Assembly: GCA_965208675.1 (NCBI GenBank)
Contig: OZ242351.1
Location: 3,744,001 to 3,808,000, forward strand
Source: Candidatus Poribacteria bacterium
Lineage (GTDB): Bacteria; Poribacteria; WGA-4E; PCPOR2b
Length of the DNA: 64,000 nucleotides
Direction of reading: 5' to 3'
Both the position numbers and the translations under genes were made by a program. Below are positions 11,099 through 20,547 of this stretch, piece after piece; the stretch's first letter is position 1, and each line of letters begins with the position of its first letter. The notes beneath the pieces were generated by a model. The model was not told the DNA's origin, made no database searches, and worked only from the letters and a program-made list of their open reading frames with translations.

Positions 11099-12637
11099 CT
11101 AAAGCTCCCACAACAGAATTGTGCCGTCCCCGCTCCCGCTTGCGAGAGTCATTCCATCGGGACTGAAAGCTACGCTATCGACATAAGATGTATGCCCGGA
11201 GAGTGTGCGGAATTGTTCGCCCGTGACTGCATCCCATAAACGGATGGGGTTGTCCCCAAAACCACTACTGCTGGCGAGAATCTTTCCATCGGGGCTAAAC
11301 GCTACGTTCATGACGGGGCCTTCATGTCCTGTAAGTGAGTGAAGGTGTCTCCCCGTGATTGCATCCCATAATCGGATGGTCTTGTCATCGCTCCCACTGG
11401 CGATAGTGTGTCCATCTGGACTAAACGTTGCGCTTAAGACAGTCGAAGTGTGCCCCACAAGTGTGTGAATGTGCCTGCCGGTACAAACATCCCATAAACG
11501 GAGGGTGCCATCCCAACTTCCGCTGACGAGCGTGTGTCCATCTGGACTAAACTTTACGCAATTGACAGTAGATGTATGCCTTGTAAGAGTGCGGAGGTGT
11601 CTACCCGTACCAACATCCAATAGGATGGTTTTCGACGAATGCCCAGTGGCGAGCGTGTGACCGTCTGGGTGAAACGCCAGATTGTCGGCACTAGTGCGCG
11701 TTTCGAGTGTGCGGAAGTTGCTGCCCGTGCTAACATCCCATAGGATGATTTCCGCCAGACTCTGGCTAGCAAGAATCTGTCCGTCGGGGCTATAAGCAAC
11801 GCTACTGGCACTATATGTATGCCCTGTGAGTATGCGGTTGATGCCGCCCGTGTTAACATCCCATAGGATGGTTTCCCCCGGACTCTGGCTGGCGAGAATC
11901 TGTCCGTCGGGGCTAAAAGCAACGCTTCGGACACCGGATGTATGCCCTGTAATTGTTTGGATGTGGTTGCCCGTGCTAACGTCTAATAGGGAGGCACTGT
12001 GCACACTTCCAATAGCGATAGTGTTTCCATCGGGACTAAATGCCACGCTATTGACATCGCGCGAATGTCCCGTGAGAGTTCGGAGATGTTTACCCGTGCG
12101 TACATCCCATAAGCGAACGGTATGGTCGTAATTACTTGCGCTTGCGATGGTCTGTCCATCTGGACTGAACGCTACGCTCTTGACACTCGACTCATGTCCT
12201 GGGAGGGTATGGTGGCGGCTGCCTGTGCTTGCGTCCCAAAGAACAACGGTGCCGTCTTGGCTTCCGCTTGCAATTATGAATCCATCTGGATTAAATGCTA
12301 CACTATAAATAATATACCGATGCCCTCTGAACGTGCGGAGATGTCTACCCGTGTTAACATTCCAAAAACAGATGGTTCCGTCCCCACTCCCGCTTACAAT
12401 GGAGTTTCCATCTGGACTGAATGCTACGCTATTGACACCACTCGTGTGCCCTGTGAGGAGTGCGAGTTCTAGACAGGTTTCAGCATCATACAGCCAAACT
12501 CCAATAGAACTTGCAACCGCTAGACGTATGCCGTCCGGAGAATACTGTATTTCATTTATTTTGCCTTTTCCCAAGCGGAGTTTAGCACCTTCGGGCAAAC
12601 TGAATTTGGTATAGTCTAGTGCAAGTGGGTTTTCCAT
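11099..12637 (-). CDS. WD40-repeat protein lacking a signal peptide
   Basis: About 12 WD40 units; MENPLALDYT leads directly into LPEGAKLRLGKG. Confidence 0.9.
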   Translation of the reverse strand: MENPLALDYTKFSLPEGAKLRLGKGKINEIQYSPDGIRLAVASSIGVWLYDAETCLELALLTGHTSGVNSVAFSPDGNSIVSGSGDGTICFWNVNTGRHLRTFRGHRYIIYSVAFNPDGFIIASGSQDGTVVLWDASTGSRHHTLPGHESSVKSVAFSPDGQTIASASNYDHTVRLWDVRTGKHLRTLTGHSRDVNSVAFSPDGNTIAIGSVHSASLLDVSTGNHIQTITGHTSGVRSVAFSPDGQILASQSPGETILWDVNTGGINRILTGHTYSASSVAYSPDGQILASQSLAEIILWDVSTGSNFRTLETRTSADNLAFHPDGHTLATGHSSKTILLDVGTGRHLRTLTRHTSTVNCVKFSPDGHTLVSGSWDGTLRLWDVCTGRHIHTLVGHTSTVLSATFSPDGHTIASGSDDKTIRLWDAITGRHLHSLTGHEGPVMNVAFSPDGKILASSSGFGDNPIRLWDAVTGEQFRTLSGHTSYVDSVAFSPDGMTLASGSGDGTILLWEL

Positions 12638-12891
12638 GGGGAGAATTCCATTGGATTGTAGGTTTAGCGTGGGTGCAATACACCCCCAATACTAGTGAAG
12701 GCTTGAAAACTTTCGCACAGGATTTTCTATCGCTTCTGTTTGGTCGGTTGATCCCTTATCAAGGGGGAGGATTTTTTGGGGCTCCTCTAGCTTCCTCCTT
12801 ATCAAGGGGGAGGACTACGCGACAATAGCAGGAAACAGGGGAAACCATCGCTTTGACGTAAAACAGGATGTGAATCAAAGTCCAATTGTTC

Positions 12892-14007
12892 CTATTGCGA
12901 CTTGCCTCTGGCGGTGATGTCCCAGATGGACTCGACGGTGTCGTTTCGGAGGGCGTAGTAGCGGTTGTGGAGGTTTACGGTGGTGCAGCAGTGTGTGGGC
13001 ACGATTTCGATTTTGTCGCCGGGTTGGAGATTGACGTCCCCTTGCGCAGTCATTTTGCCGTGTTCTTCGGAAAGCCCAATCATCTCCAAGCCTGCAATCC
13101 CTGCGGGCTGCGGGATTCCGAACTCCTTAGCCAGGACTTTCAGCCCGGCATCAACAATTATGCGCGAGGGATTCGGACGACTCACTACAGCGGTCAACAC
13201 GGTCAACGAACTATCGAAGCGGTTGCCAATCCCTTCAACCTCTCCGTAAGTCGAATCCATGAAGATGTAAGAGCCCGCTTGGATTTCCGTAATGTCTGGG
13301 TGCGCGCCGGTAATTGCATAGGTGCCCGTGCCTCCGCCGCTCATAATCTTGACCGGTACGCCGTTCCGTTCGAGCACGTCTTTGGTCTCAACCAGTAGTT
13401 CGACGGATTCGTCCGTCTGTTTTTTCCGTTCAGCGAATGACGGTATGGCGACGGTATGTCCCTCATAACCCATCAACCCTTCAAATTGAAGCCCATTGGA
13501 TTTCAAAACGAGACGCGCCAAGTCGAGCGTGGGTTTCCCGGGTTGCGTGCCGCAGCGGTTCATACCGGTATCGACTTCGATGAGTATGCGCAGCGTTACG
13601 CCTTTTGCTTCCGCGGCAGCCGAAAGTTGCGCGACGTTATGCGGGTCGTCGACAGCGACCATAATCTCCGAATGACCGGCAAGGTTGACCAGCCGAGCAA
13701 TCTTCGCCGCGCCAATAATCTGATTGGCGATGAGCACATCGCGGATACCTGCGTGGACCAAGGATTCAGCTTCACCGAGTTTGGCGCAGGTTATGCCGAT
13801 TGCGCCCGCTTCGATCTGTTTATGCGCGATGATTGGGGTCTTGTGCGTTTTTGCGTGCGGGCGAAGCTCCGCATTGACGGATTTGAAGAAGTCCGCCATT
13901 TTCCGGATATTCGCCTCCATAATGTCCAAATCAATTAGCAGCGCCGGGGTGTCAATTTCCGATTTGGGGGCGCCAATGAGTGTATCGAGATGCGGTGACG
14001 ACATCAA
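12892..14007 (-). CDS. DSD1/D-threonine-aldolase family PLP enzyme (alanine-racemase fold)
   Basis: Motifs DTPALLID, RPHAKTHK (PLP Lys), GGGTGT, EIQAGSY, SEEHG and HCCTTVNL. Confidence 0.9.
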   Translation of the reverse strand: MMSSPHLDTLIGAPKSEIDTPALLIDLDIMEANIRKMADFFKSVNAELRPHAKTHKTPIIAHKQIEAGAIGITCAKLGEAESLVHAGIRDVLIANQIIGAAKIARLVNLAGHSEIMVAVDDPHNVAQLSAAAEAKGVTLRILIEVDTGMNRCGTQPGKPTLDLARLVLKSNGLQFEGLMGYEGHTVAIPSFAERKKQTDESVELLVETKDVLERNGVPVKIMSGGGTGTYAITGAHPDITEIQAGSYIFMDSTYGEVEGIGNRFDSSLTVLTAVVSRPNPSRIIVDAGLKVLAKEFGIPQPAGIAGLEMIGLSEEHGKMTAQGDVNLQPGDKIEIVPTHCCTTVNLHNRYYALRNDTVESIWDITARGKSQ

Positions 14008-14016
14008 TTCGTCTCC

Positions 14017-15024
14017 TTAAAGCTGTTTAACGGGATTGGAGAGTACGCCGAGTTCATCGACTTCGATTTGAACGACATCGCCGGGCGCCAACGGCAACTC
14101 ATTCGGGACGATGATGCCGGTGCCGGTAGAGACTACGGTGCCGATAGGGATGGGGTTGTCTCGGCAGAGAAATTCGGTTAGTTCTTCAAATTTCCATTTA
14201 ATTTGAGACGTGTTCACGTCGCCCTCGTAGAGCAACTCGCCGCTGCGGATGATGGAGCATTTGATATTCAGATTGTAGGGGTCGTCGATTTCGGACGGTG
14301 TGACGAACATGGGACCCAACGCGCAGCAACCGTAGAATACCTTCGATGGGGGCAGGTAAAGCGGATTTTCACGTTCGATGTCCCAAGCGGAGACATCGTT
14401 ACAGATTGTATATCCGACGATTTCTCCGTCCGCGCCAAGGATATAAGCCAATTCAGGCTCAGTTGCAGTGAGTTTAGAGTCGCTCCGAATACCGATAAAG
14501 TCGTTCGGACCGGCGCATCGGGACTTTGTTCCTTTAAAGAAGATTTCCGGGCGGTTTGAGTTATAGACGCGGCTGTAAATGTCCTGTTCACTGTCATCAT
14601 CCCGCATTTCGGCGCTGCGTTTGTATGTCACACCGCAGCCCCACACCTCTGGGGGATCAATCGGCAACAAGAGGTGAGGCACGTTCAAATCCGGCGAAAC
14701 ATTGAGATCCGATAGTTTGAGCTCGTCTTTATTGCGGCTAGTTTGGTCAGGGTGAACGGATGGCGTTGAACCGCTAACGAAACGTTCTTGAATATCTGCC
14801 AGCAGAACGCCCATGCTAACTCCCTCTTGGTAAGAGAGTTTAATCAGTTCAAGGACATCCGGCGCTTCGTCGCTGGTAACATCGATAATTACTTCGTCGG
14901 GCTCCAACCGACGCGTCATCAAGCCACGGTCGCCGTCGCTGGCGATATCGGTAGCCAAGTCGCCTCGCGTTACGATGCCGACGCGTTTGCCAAGGCCAGG
15001 TTCATAGAATTGTACGAGTTTCAT
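14017..15024 (-). CDS. Fumarylacetoacetate-hydrolase family protein, 2-keto-3-deoxypentonate dehydratase-like
   Basis: Motifs EVWGCGVTYKRS, RPEIFFK, EPELA, NDVSAWDIERENPLYLP and STGTG. Confidence 0.85.
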   Translation of the reverse strand: MKLVQFYEPGLGKRVGIVTRGDLATDIASDGDRGLMTRRLEPDEVIIDVTSDEAPDVLELIKLSYQEGVSMGVLLADIQERFVSGSTPSVHPDQTSRNKDELKLSDLNVSPDLNVPHLLLPIDPPEVWGCGVTYKRSAEMRDDDSEQDIYSRVYNSNRPEIFFKGTKSRCAGPNDFIGIRSDSKLTATEPELAYILGADGEIVGYTICNDVSAWDIERENPLYLPPSKVFYGCCALGPMFVTPSEIDDPYNLNIKCSIIRSGELLYEGDVNTSQIKWKFEELTEFLCRDNPIPIGTVVSTGTGIIVPNELPLAPGDVVQIEVDELGVLSNPVKQL

Positions 15025-15164
15025 TTTTTCCCTTAGTTTAAATCCAATCAGCGACTGTAAGATTTCGCTTTGAAGTCGATGAATTGTAACATAATCCGGC
15101 GAATTATATCAACAACAAAAGCGGCGTGGGTTCTCGCCTGCGTATACTTTCTTTGTTGTCATTG

Positions 15165-15368
15165 AGGAATCGACTGACCGACAATCGAGGGTGGGAAGCC
15201 TCTCCCACAAATCCGATGGTGCAGTCGAGGCTAGGAAGTCTCGCGTACGTGCCGATGAGACAATCGAGGCTGAGCAGTCTCTCCTGCTAACCGATGAAGT
15301 AATCGAGGTTGTGAAGCCTCTTCCACCAATCCGATGATGCAATCGAGGCTAGGGAGCCTCTCCTACAG
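15165..15368. repeat. Tandem array of five degenerate 39-40 bp REP-like units
   Basis: caatcgaggctaggaagcctctcc.ac-type units start at 15182, 15222, 15261, 15300 and 15340; single reverse copies at ~52410, ~55595 and ~58511. Confidence 0.8.
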
Positions 15369-15426
15369 AACAAATGAGAGACGATTAGGTCGGTGCGGTA
15401 GCCGGGCGGGAGTGTGCAAAAAACGC

Positions 15427-15455
15427 TTGCTTCTTTTTTTTATCTGTTATATACT
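15427..15455 (+). promoter_or_regulatory. Putative sigma-70 promoter of the nuo operon
   Basis: TTGCTT-17 nt-TATACT. Confidence 0.55.
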
Positions 15456-15516
15456 ATCCACTTGACTTTGTGAAAAAAAGCTACAAGCTAGGGGCGAAAG
15501 TTGGTTGAACGAAAGA

Positions 15517-15542
15517 GTCGCGATTCGGAGATCGCTCCTACA
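15517..15542. repeat. GTAG-type REP; reverse-complement copy at ~58142-58167
   Basis: agtcgcgattcggagatcgctcctac versus gtaggagcgatctccgaatcgcgact. Confidence 0.75.
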
Positions 15543-15590
15543 GTGAAGCACCAAGCAAGGTGACATAACAACTGGAGTGAGGGATAAAAG

Positions 15591-16001
15591 GTGAACACCC
15601 TCTGGCCGCTGGCGGTATATTTTGCAGGTGTCATTTTCTTGGTGGGACTTGGCATGGTCGGCTTGTCCTTCCTTTTGGGGCAGCGTCACAAGGATAGAGC
15701 GACCGGTGAACCCTACGAATCGGGCATCGTGTCGCAAGGGTCGGCTCGAATCCGCCTTTCCGCCAAGTTTTACCATGTTGCAATGTTCTTCGTAGTATTC
15801 GATTTGGAAGCCGTTTTCATCTTCGCCTGGGCGGTTGCCATTCGCGATTTGGGATGGCCGGGTTATATAGAAGTCATAATTTTCATCGGTGTTCTGTTTG
15901 CGGGTCTTGTATATCTGTGGCGAATGGGTGCGCTCGACTGGGGCAGCAGACCGCGGATACAAATCCCTACCGAGATGAAAAGCGGTCTGAAAGAGAATTA
16001 A
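15591..16001 (+). CDS. nuoA: NADH-quinone oxidoreductase subunit A
   Basis: Motifs EPYESG and [17 protein letters not shown]; first gene of the operon. Confidence 0.95.
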   Translation: MNTLWPLAVYFAGVIFLVGLGMVGLSFLLGQRHKDRATGEPYESGIVSQGSARIRLSAKFYHVAMFFVVFDLEAVFIFAWAVAIRDLGWPGYIEVIIFIGVLFAGLVYLWRMGALDWGSRPRIQIPTEMKSGLKEN

Positions 16002-16005
16002 GCTT

Positions 16006-16650
16006 ATGCGATGGTGGTTTAGCAAATCGACTGATTTACGTCAATCCCCTGAAATTCAAAGCGGGTCCCTCGAAGAGGCTGTCCACCGCAATGTGCTTTT
16101 GGCGCGTTTACAGGATTTGCTGGCTTGGGGGCGCAAGAACTCCATGTGGCCCTTTAACTTCGGTCTTTCGTGCTGTTTTGTAGAAATGGCAACTAGCATT
16201 ACGAGCAAATACGACATTGCACGGTTCGGCGCCGAAGTGATTCGCGGTACGCCGCGCGAAGCCGATGTCATGGTTATTGCCGGCACCCCGTTTATCAAAA
16301 TGGCGCCGATAATAAAGCGGCTTTACGAACAGATGATGGAACCGCGCTGGGTTATATCCATGGGTTCATGCGCCAATTCCGGCGGAATGTACGATATCTA
16401 CAGCGTGGTTCAGGGCGTTGACAAGATTTTGCCGGTTGATGTGTATGTACCGGGCTGCCCACCAAGGCCTGACGCCTTCATGGAAGGGATAGTCGAGTTG
16501 CGGGGTGCAGTTGGGTCGGAACAGCGGCCGTTGAGTTGGTTTGTTGGTCCGCAGGGTGTAGTAAAGCCGGACATGCCCGCTCGACGCGACTTGAAACGCG
16601 ATGAGCGGCGGCAAGTTGATACGCTGCGTTCCCCTAATGAAGTGCGGTAA
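16006..16650 (+). CDS. nuoB: NADH-quinone oxidoreductase subunit B
   Basis: Motifs [20 protein letters not shown] and VPGCPPRP. Confidence 0.97.
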   Translation: MRWWFSKSTDLRQSPEIQSGSLEEAVHRNVLLARLQDLLAWGRKNSMWPFNFGLSCCFVEMATSITSKYDIARFGAEVIRGTPREADVMVIAGTPFIKMAPIIKRLYEQMMEPRWVISMGSCANSGGMYDIYSVVQGVDKILPVDVYVPGCPPRPDAFMEGIVELRGAVGSEQRPLSWFVGPQGVVKPDMPARRDLKRDERRQVDTLRSPNEVR

Positions 16651-16783
16651 CTACATACGGCGCGGAATCCCGACTATAGAATTTATAGTAAAACCAAAAA
16701 TTATTTATGCGGTCGGTAGGCGCGGTTGGAATCCGCAACTGCCGTGACGTGTGTAAATATGAATGGAATAGACTATAACTGCG

Positions 16784-18526
16784 ATGAGCGATTCACCCCT
16801 CCTTATTGAAGAACTTCAAGGCAAATTCGGAACTGTTTCAGCACAAGCAACGGCTGACGGCGTGCCGCTCCTTTGGACGTCGAAAGATACAATTTGCGAT
16901 GTTCTGCGCTATCTCAAAACAGAGTTGGATAAGCCGTACCGCACGCTGTACGATCTCACGGCTATTGACGAGCGCGTCCGAACCAACCGCCAAGATCAGC
17001 CGGATAGCGACTTCACGATTGTATATCACCTCCTTTCCTATGAACGCAACGAAGACATTCGTCTCAAGGTTGCACTTCAAGATGAATACCCCTCCATCCC
17101 GACGGTGACCGATATTTGGCCCTCTGCAAATTGGTACGAACGCGAAGTTTGGGATATGTTTGGCGTCACATTTGAAGGGCATCCCCACTTGAGGCGCATT
17201 CTAATGCCTCCAACTTGGGAGGGTCATCCACTCCGCAAGGAACACCCTGCGCGCGCTACCGAGATGGGCGAGTTTGAGTTGCCGGATGAAAAACAGGACT
17301 TAGAACAAGAGGCGCTCCAATTCCGACCCGAGGATTGGGGAATGGAGCCGCAAGGGGAAAACGGGGATTTTATGTTCCTTAACCTCGGTCCCCAGCATCC
17401 GGGTACGCATGGCGTGCTCCGCTTTGCGCTTCAACTCGACGGGGAGGAGATTCTTGATGTGGTTCCTGACATCGGTTACCACCATCGAGGGGCGGAGAAG
17501 ATGGGGGAACGCCAATCTTGGCACACGTTCATCCCGTACACGGATCGGATTGACTACCTCGGCGGCGTCATGAATAACCTCGCCTATGTGTTGGCTGTGG
17601 AAAAATTGGCGGGCATTGAAGTGCCGGAAAGAGTCAAAGTTGTGCGCATAATGATGTCCGAAATATTCCGCATAGCGAGCCATCTGGTTTGGTACGGCAC
17701 GTTCGCTCAAGATATAGGTGCACTGTCACCGGTGTTCTATATGTTTAACGACCGCGAACGCATTTTTGAAATTGTTGAAGCGATTTGCGGCGGGCGGATG
17801 CATCCGAGTTGGTTTCGCATTGGAGGTGTGGCGCAAGATTTACCCAATGGTTGGGACAACCTGATTCGAGAATATTTGGACTATTTACCGCGCCGACTCG
17901 ATGAATACGACAAGATGGTGATGCGGAACCGTATCTTCAAGAAACGCACACAAGGAGTTGGCGCATATACCGTGGATGAAGCGATTGAATGGGGCGTGAC
18001 AGGGCCGGGGCTGCGAGCGTGCGGCTTTGAGTGGGATTTCCGAAAGAAGCGCCCGTATTCCGGTTACGACCAGTTCGAATTCGATATACCGACCGCCCAA
18101 GCCGGGGATTGCTATGATAGAGCTGTTGTCCGAATTGAAGAGATTCGCCAGAGTTTACGGATTATCGAACAATGTATGAACAATATGCCTTCGGGGCCGT
18201 ACAAGTCTGACCATCCACTGACAACGCCCCCGCTCAAAGAGCACACAATGGAAGATATTGAGACGCTGATTAACCATTTTCTGAATGTGAGTTGGGGTCC
18301 GGTTATCCCGGCGGGCGAAGCTTTTATCGGTATTGAGGCGACGAAAGGGAACAACGGCTACTATCTGATTAGCGATGGCAGCACTATCCCTTATCGCGTA
18401 CGGATACGCGCGCCGTCGTTTCCTCACATGCAGATGCTGCCGCTAATTAGCCGGCGTGCGATGGTTCCGGATTTATTAGCGATATTGGGTGCTATGGATT
18501 TTGTGTTAGCGGACATTGACCGTTGA
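16784..18526 (+). CDS. nuoCD: NADH-quinone oxidoreductase fused subunit C/D
   Basis: NuoC motif [16 protein letters not shown] followed by NuoD motifs [23 protein letters not shown] and terminal DIDR. Confidence 0.97.
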   Translation: MSDSPLLIEELQGKFGTVSAQATADGVPLLWTSKDTICDVLRYLKTELDKPYRTLYDLTAIDERVRTNRQDQPDSDFTIVYHLLSYERNEDIRLKVALQDEYPSIPTVTDIWPSANWYEREVWDMFGVTFEGHPHLRRILMPPTWEGHPLRKEHPARATEMGEFELPDEKQDLEQEALQFRPEDWGMEPQGENGDFMFLNLGPQHPGTHGVLRFALQLDGEEILDVVPDIGYHHRGAEKMGERQSWHTFIPYTDRIDYLGGVMNNLAYVLAVEKLAGIEVPERVKVVRIMMSEIFRIASHLVWYGTFAQDIGALSPVFYMFNDRERIFEIVEAICGGRMHPSWFRIGGVAQDLPNGWDNLIREYLDYLPRRLDEYDKMVMRNRIFKKRTQGVGAYTVDEAIEWGVTGPGLRACGFEWDFRKKRPYSGYDQFEFDIPTAQAGDCYDRAVVRIEEIRQSLRIIEQCMNNMPSGPYKSDHPLTTPPLKEHTMEDIETLINHFLNVSWGPVIPAGEAFIGIEATKGNNGYYLISDGSTIPYRVRIRAPSFPHMQMLPLISRRAMVPDLLAILGAMDFVLADIDR

Positions 18527-18583
18527 CGATAGAAAATTTAGAGGGCAAGATACTAACTTGCCATTCCGTATTGAGATAACGCA

Positions 18584-19051
18584 ATGCTGACAGAAGAAGA
18601 ACGGCGAGAAATCGAGGAAGAGTTTGCGCATTTTGATTATAAGCAGGCGGTAAGTGTTGATGCATTGAAGATTGTCCAAAAACATCGGGGCTGGGTGTCG
18701 GATGAAAGCATCAAGGACATCGCTGAACTTTTGGAGATGTCCCCGGCAGAGTTGGACGGCGTTGCTACATTCTACAATTTGATTTACCGCAAGCCGGTCG
18801 GAAAGCATGTGATTCTGCTCTGCGATAGCGTGAGTTGTTGGGTCATGGGGTGCGATCGGATGCGTGCGCATTTCACAAAACGCCTCGGCATTGATTTCGG
18901 AGAGACGAGTGAGGACAATGAGTTTACGCTGTTGCCGATGCAGTGCCTCGGCACCTGCGATCATGCGCCCGCGATGATGATTGATGAAACGCTTCATAGA
19001 GATTTGGATGAAGACAAGATTGACGGAATCATTGAGCGATACAAGGGATAG
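18584..19051 (+). CDS. nuoE: NADH-quinone oxidoreductase subunit E
   Basis: Motifs VATFY, CDSVSC and CLGTCDHAP. Confidence 0.96.
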   Translation: MLTEEERREIEEEFAHFDYKQAVSVDALKIVQKHRGWVSDESIKDIAELLEMSPAELDGVATFYNLIYRKPVGKHVILLCDSVSCWVMGCDRMRAHFTKRLGIDFGETSEDNEFTLLPMQCLGTCDHAPAMMIDETLHRDLDEDKIDGIIERYKG

Positions 19052-19056
19052 TCGGC

Positions 19057-20355
19057 ATGAGCGAACCTATCAGGGAAAAACCGCTTACGAAAAACATTTC
19101 ACCCGGCGAGGCGCCGTTAGATTTAAAGCAATATGAGAGCGGCGGCGGCTATCAGGCTGTCCGCAAAGCAATGACGGAGATGGCTCCAGAGGACGTTACC
19201 GGCGTTGTCAAAGAGGCGAATTTAAGGGGCCGCGGCGGCGCGGGATTCCCGACGGGCATGAAATGGAGTTTTGTTCCTATGGGGGATAGGGCGCCTAAGC
19301 GCAAGTATCTCGTTGCCAACGCCGATGAAATGGAGCCGGGAACGTTTAAAGATAGACTTCTTTTAGAAGGCGATCCGCATCAGTTCATTGAGGGGATGAT
19401 TCTCGCGGCATATGCAATCCAAGCGGACGTTGCTTACATTTTTCTACGGTGGGCTTACAAAAAGGCGGAAGCGTTATTGGGAAAAGCAATCGCTGAAGCG
19501 TACGATGCCGGATTCCTCGGTAAAAACATCCTGGGATCGGGGTACAATCTAGAGCTTTACCTACACACAAGCGCTGGCCGCTATATCTGCGGCGAGGAGA
19601 CTGCGCTCATGAATGCATTGGAGGGCAAGCGGCCGATTCCCCGTACCAAACCGCCCTTTCCACAGACCAGCGGATTGTGGGGCAAGCCGACGATTGTACA
19701 AAATGTAGAGACACTCTGCAACGTACCGCATATTGTTGCCAATGGTGCTGATTGGTATAAGGGTTTGAGTTTTAGCGGCAACGGCGGAACAAAACTCTTT
19801 GGTGCAAGCGGCAAAATTAAGCGGCCGGCGATTTGGGAACTTCCCCTTGGAACGCCGATGCGAGAGCTACTGGAGGAACATGCGGGTGGAATGCAGGATG
19901 GATTGAAGTTCCGCGGCGTGCTGCCCGGCGGCGCATCCACAGATTTCTTGGTCGAGGAGCACTTGGATTTGCCGATGGACTACGAACCCGTGATGGAAGC
20001 GGGAAGCCGTTTAGGGACGGGTACCATGGTTATTCTGGACGATAAGACGTGCCCAGTGGGTATGATTCGCAACCTTGAACTCTTCTTCACGCGTGAATCT
20101 TGCGGTTTTTGCACGCCGTGCCGCGACGGCATTCCTTGGACGCATCGTCTATTGGATGCCATCGAATCAGGGGACGGTAAGCCTGAAGATATTGATAACC
20201 TCGAGTTCATAATTAATACAATTACTCGAATGCTTGGGCGCACGTTTTGCGCTTTTGCGCCGGGCGCCGTGGAGCCTTTACAGAGCGGGTTGAAGTATTT
20301 CCGGGATGATTTTGAGCAGCATATCAGGGAGAAACGATGCCCGTATGCGTCGTAG
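19057..20355 (+). CDS. nuoF: NADH-quinone oxidoreductase subunit F
   Basis: Motifs LRGRGGAGFPTG, NADEMEPG, YICGEETAL and SCGFCTPCR. Confidence 0.97.
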   Translation: MSEPIREKPLTKNISPGEAPLDLKQYESGGGYQAVRKAMTEMAPEDVTGVVKEANLRGRGGAGFPTGMKWSFVPMGDRAPKRKYLVANADEMEPGTFKDRLLLEGDPHQFIEGMILAAYAIQADVAYIFLRWAYKKAEALLGKAIAEAYDAGFLGKNILGSGYNLELYLHTSAGRYICGEETALMNALEGKRPIPRTKPPFPQTSGLWGKPTIVQNVETLCNVPHIVANGADWYKGLSFSGNGGTKLFGASGKIKRPAIWELPLGTPMRELLEEHAGGMQDGLKFRGVLPGGASTDFLVEEHLDLPMDYEPVMEAGSRLGTGTMVILDDKTCPVGMIRNLELFFTRESCGFCTPCRDGIPWTHRLLDAIESGDGKPEDIDNLEFIINTITRMLGRTFCAFAPGAVEPLQSGLKYFRDDFEQHIREKRCPYAS

Positions 20356-20547
20356 TGACTAACACGTGATTCGCATAAAATTTTAACAGGACTTACGCAA
20401 ATTGAGCAGGAAAAGGAAATATTGGACTTAAATTGTGGTTATTTCAGTGTTTTAAACTCCCTAAGACTATCGCACTCACTATTCGTTCGCTTGATCCCTT
20501 ATCAGGGGGGCTTTTGAACTAATTTAACAAAGATTGAAGAATCGATA

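Noticed and set aside
7792-12637. Diversity-generating retroelement template/variable repeats in the WD40 duplicates
   Set aside because: Both copies are coding, the few differences do not look adenine-specific, and no reverse transcriptase is present.
15182-15368. CRISPR array
   Set aside because: Units are degenerate along their whole length, have no unique spacer-length inserts, match dispersed REPs, and no cas genes are present.
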